Virus record (IMG/VR): IMGVR_UViG_3300031951_000028
DNA from: a virus
Direction: 5' to 3' (one strand)
Length of the DNA stretch: 64,000 bases
In this document: piece after piece, positions 62,037 to 64,000 of the stretch
Layout of the letters: each line of letters starts with the position of its first letter
Numbering within the stretch: the first letter of the stretch is position 1
The notes under the pieces: generated by a model
The model's input: the letters and a program-made list of their open reading frames with translations, nothing else
Told to the model about the DNA's origin: nothing
Database searches by the model: none
Made by a program: the position numbers and the translations under genes

Positions 62037-62387
62037 TATGAATGAAGATTTTAATAAACTTTTATATGAAAAAACAAAAAGAGATTATATTTTACAATTA
62101 ATAAGACAAATATCTCAACCAACTTTTAATAAGAAAAATTTATCTAAAACAGACTTGGAATATTGGGATGAAACTTGTGAGCTAATATATCGACAAAAAA
62201 TTTTTCTAGAAAAAGAATTAGTTAAAGTTAATCAACAATATAAAGAATTACTTATTAAAAAAACAAATTATATGAATCCTAGTTATATGTCAACAGTTTA
62301 TTATAAACAAGACCCAAATAATCCTTATGGAATGATAAAAATAACAGACAGTTGGGGCACTAGCTGGGGAAGGAACTCTACTGAATA

Positions 62388-62996
62388 ATGAAATATTTTA
62401 TATCAGATTTACATTTTGGCCACCATAAGATGGTCACTTTTCCTGGAAGAACATCTTTTACATTAGAACAATGGGAGAAGATGTATTTAGATATAATCAA
62501 TAGTAAACTTACTAAAGACGATTTTTTATATTTACTAGGTGATTTTGCTTTTAAACCAGAAAAAGTTAAACACAAAATTAAAAATAAAAATGTTGTGCTG
62601 ATTCATGGTAACCACGACCCGTCTTATGAAAAATGTGTGCGTGTATTTGGTAAGTCAAATTTCTTTATAACAAAAGATATAAAGATAAAAGATAAGAACG
62701 TTTTCTTATCTCATTATCCACACTTGGCTTGGCCAGCATCTCACCATGGTACTTTCCATTTATATGGACATGTTCATGATCAAAGAAGCGAATATTGGCA
62801 GCAAATTCCAGAATTAAGTGAAATGCGCAGTATGGATGTATCACCAGAATCGTATTTTAGGCAATATAGTGAGTTTGGAATTTTTTCTGAAGAACAAGTA
62901 TATGAGACTTTATCTAAGCTAAAAGGGCATGATAATGTCGAATGGTATAATAAAAGAAATGGAAAATATGAGAAAAAGGGTGCTAATAGCATGTGA
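62388..62996 (+). CDS. Calcineurin-like metallophosphoesterase
   Basis: SDLHFGH, LGDF, GNHD, SHYP, YGHVH. Confidence 0.9.
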   Translation: MKYFISDLHFGHHKMVTFPGRTSFTLEQWEKMYLDIINSKLTKDDFLYLLGDFAFKPEKVKHKIKNKNVVLIHGNHDPSYEKCVRVFGKSNFFITKDIKIKDKNVFLSHYPHLAWPASHHGTFHLYGHVHDQRSEYWQQIPELSEMRSMDVSPESYFRQYSEFGIFSEEQVYETLSKLKGHDNVEWYNKRNGKYEKKGANSM

Positions 62997-63564
62997 AGAA
63001 TCTCAAACGCTTACTATAGAATTTAGACTTCTAGGTATAGAAGCTTTCTCTTGCGATATTGTACCAACTAGCGGCCCGCATAAAGAATGGCATTTACAAC
63101 AAGATGTAATTCCATTACTTAAAGAAAAATGGGACGCTATTTTTGCTTTTCCTCCTTGCACTCATTTAGCATCTTCTGGTGCTAGATGGTTTAAACAAAA
63201 ACAAAAAGATGGTAGGCAAAAACAAGGTATAGATTTTTTCATGTCGATAGCAAATGCTGATTGCGACAAAATCTTGATAGAAAATCCTGTAGGTATAATG
63301 TCTAGTATTTTTAGAAAACCAGACCAAGTCATTCATCCTTGGATGTTTGGACATAAAGAAAATAAAGCAACGTGCTTATGGTTAAAAAATTTACCACTAT
63401 TAAAACCAACAAGAAATGTGCAACATTTAATGAAAAGTTTACCTAAAAGTAAAACAGATAAGATTTGGTATATGTCTCCTGGACCAGATAGAGCAAGACT
63501 AAGAAGTAAAACATATAGTGGAATAGCAAAAGCTATAGCTAAACAATATTATTCAATAATATAA
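62968..63564 (+). CDS. DNA cytosine methyltransferase (short phage type)
   Basis: VLIACEES, SCDI, FPPCTHL, IENPV, RSKT. Confidence 0.8.
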   Translation: MRKRVLIACEESQTLTIEFRLLGIEAFSCDIVPTSGPHKEWHLQQDVIPLLKEKWDAIFAFPPCTHLASSGARWFKQKQKDGRQKQGIDFFMSIANADCDKILIENPVGIMSSIFRKPDQVIHPWMFGHKENKATCLWLKNLPLLKPTRNVQHLMKSLPKSKTDKIWYMSPGPDRARLRSKTYSGIAKAIAKQYYSII

Positions 63565-63769
63565 ATGGAAAGTAGTAAAAATATGAGAGATTTTGTAATA
63601 CTTGCTATCATAGTATGGTCAATTTTACTTTCAATTGAATTAATTTTTGGTAAATTAGATTATGAAAAAATAACATTTTGGTGTCTACTAATGTATTTTA
63701 TCTTAGATAATTTAGAGATGCTTGTCGATTATTTAAAAAATCGAAAAAACTTAAATAAACAGGATTAAA

Positions 63770-64000
63770 ATGAAAGAAAGAGGATTGGATTATAAAGATA
63801 TACATTTATTACCACATGAAGTATCATCTTTCTCGTCTAGAGACGATGTGTCAACAGATATAATATTTTGCGGACAAAAACTAAAATTTGGAATTCTCGC
63901 TGCCCCTATGCCAGATGTTTCAGACGGAGCTTTCTGTTATGAATTACATAAGTTTGGAGGATTCGGTTTTATACACAGATTTCAAGAAATAGCAACGCAA
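63770..64000 (+). CDS. IMP dehydrogenase/GMP reductase family (partial, runs off window)
   Basis: LDYKDIHLLP...SR.DV...ILAAPM.DV...GGFGFIHRF. Confidence 0.75.
   Translation, partial: MKERGLDYKDIHLLPHEVSSFSSRDDVSTDIIFCGQKLKFGILAAPMPDVSDGAFCYELHKFGGFGFIHRFQEIATQ

Overview
This is a 64-kb segment of a large tailed dsDNA phage genome (Caudoviricetes-like, standard genetic code), with five zones. (1) 1-12.5 kb, minus strand: late/structural and packaging module with an Mtd_N-collagen fibre, head-tail proteins, major capsid, decoration protein, protease/scaffold, portal, large terminase, ERCC4 nuclease, GDP-mannose dehydratase, sigma factor and GNAT. (2) 12.6-16.3 kb: GC-rich, largely non-coding and highly structured. 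It holds a (GGCGGTC)15 tract, 87-bp palindromic repeats, hairpins whose stems spell sigma54 promoters, a family of hairpins with a constant GCTTTG loop, and a fold-back with ~560-bp arms that pairs an intact gene with a degenerate inverted copy; its mismatches are overwhelmingly G.T/G.A/G.G on the + strand. (3) 16.3-23.3 kb, minus strand: small early-type genes and tRNAs, bracketed by a duplicated ~140-bp structured element. (4) 23.6-36 kb, plus strand: a sigma54-type promoter, then an AT-rich array of roughly 50-55 tightly packed, divergent but related 43-75-aa microproteins (many below the ORF-track cutoff), ending at tilS and tRNA(CAU)/tRNA-Arg(UCU). (5) 36-64 kb, plus strand: auxiliary and counter-defence genes, including a PRPP-synthetase-like + NAMPT-like pair (NARP1-like), three AAA+/VWA pairs, RuvB with a Zn-ribbon/RuvA-CTD partner, an RNA ligase, phosphoesterases, a cytosine methyltransferase and an IMPDH/GMPR. 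The best candidates for an undescribed system are the microprotein array and the single-strand fold-back control region. All calls come from reading motifs by eye; no searches were run.
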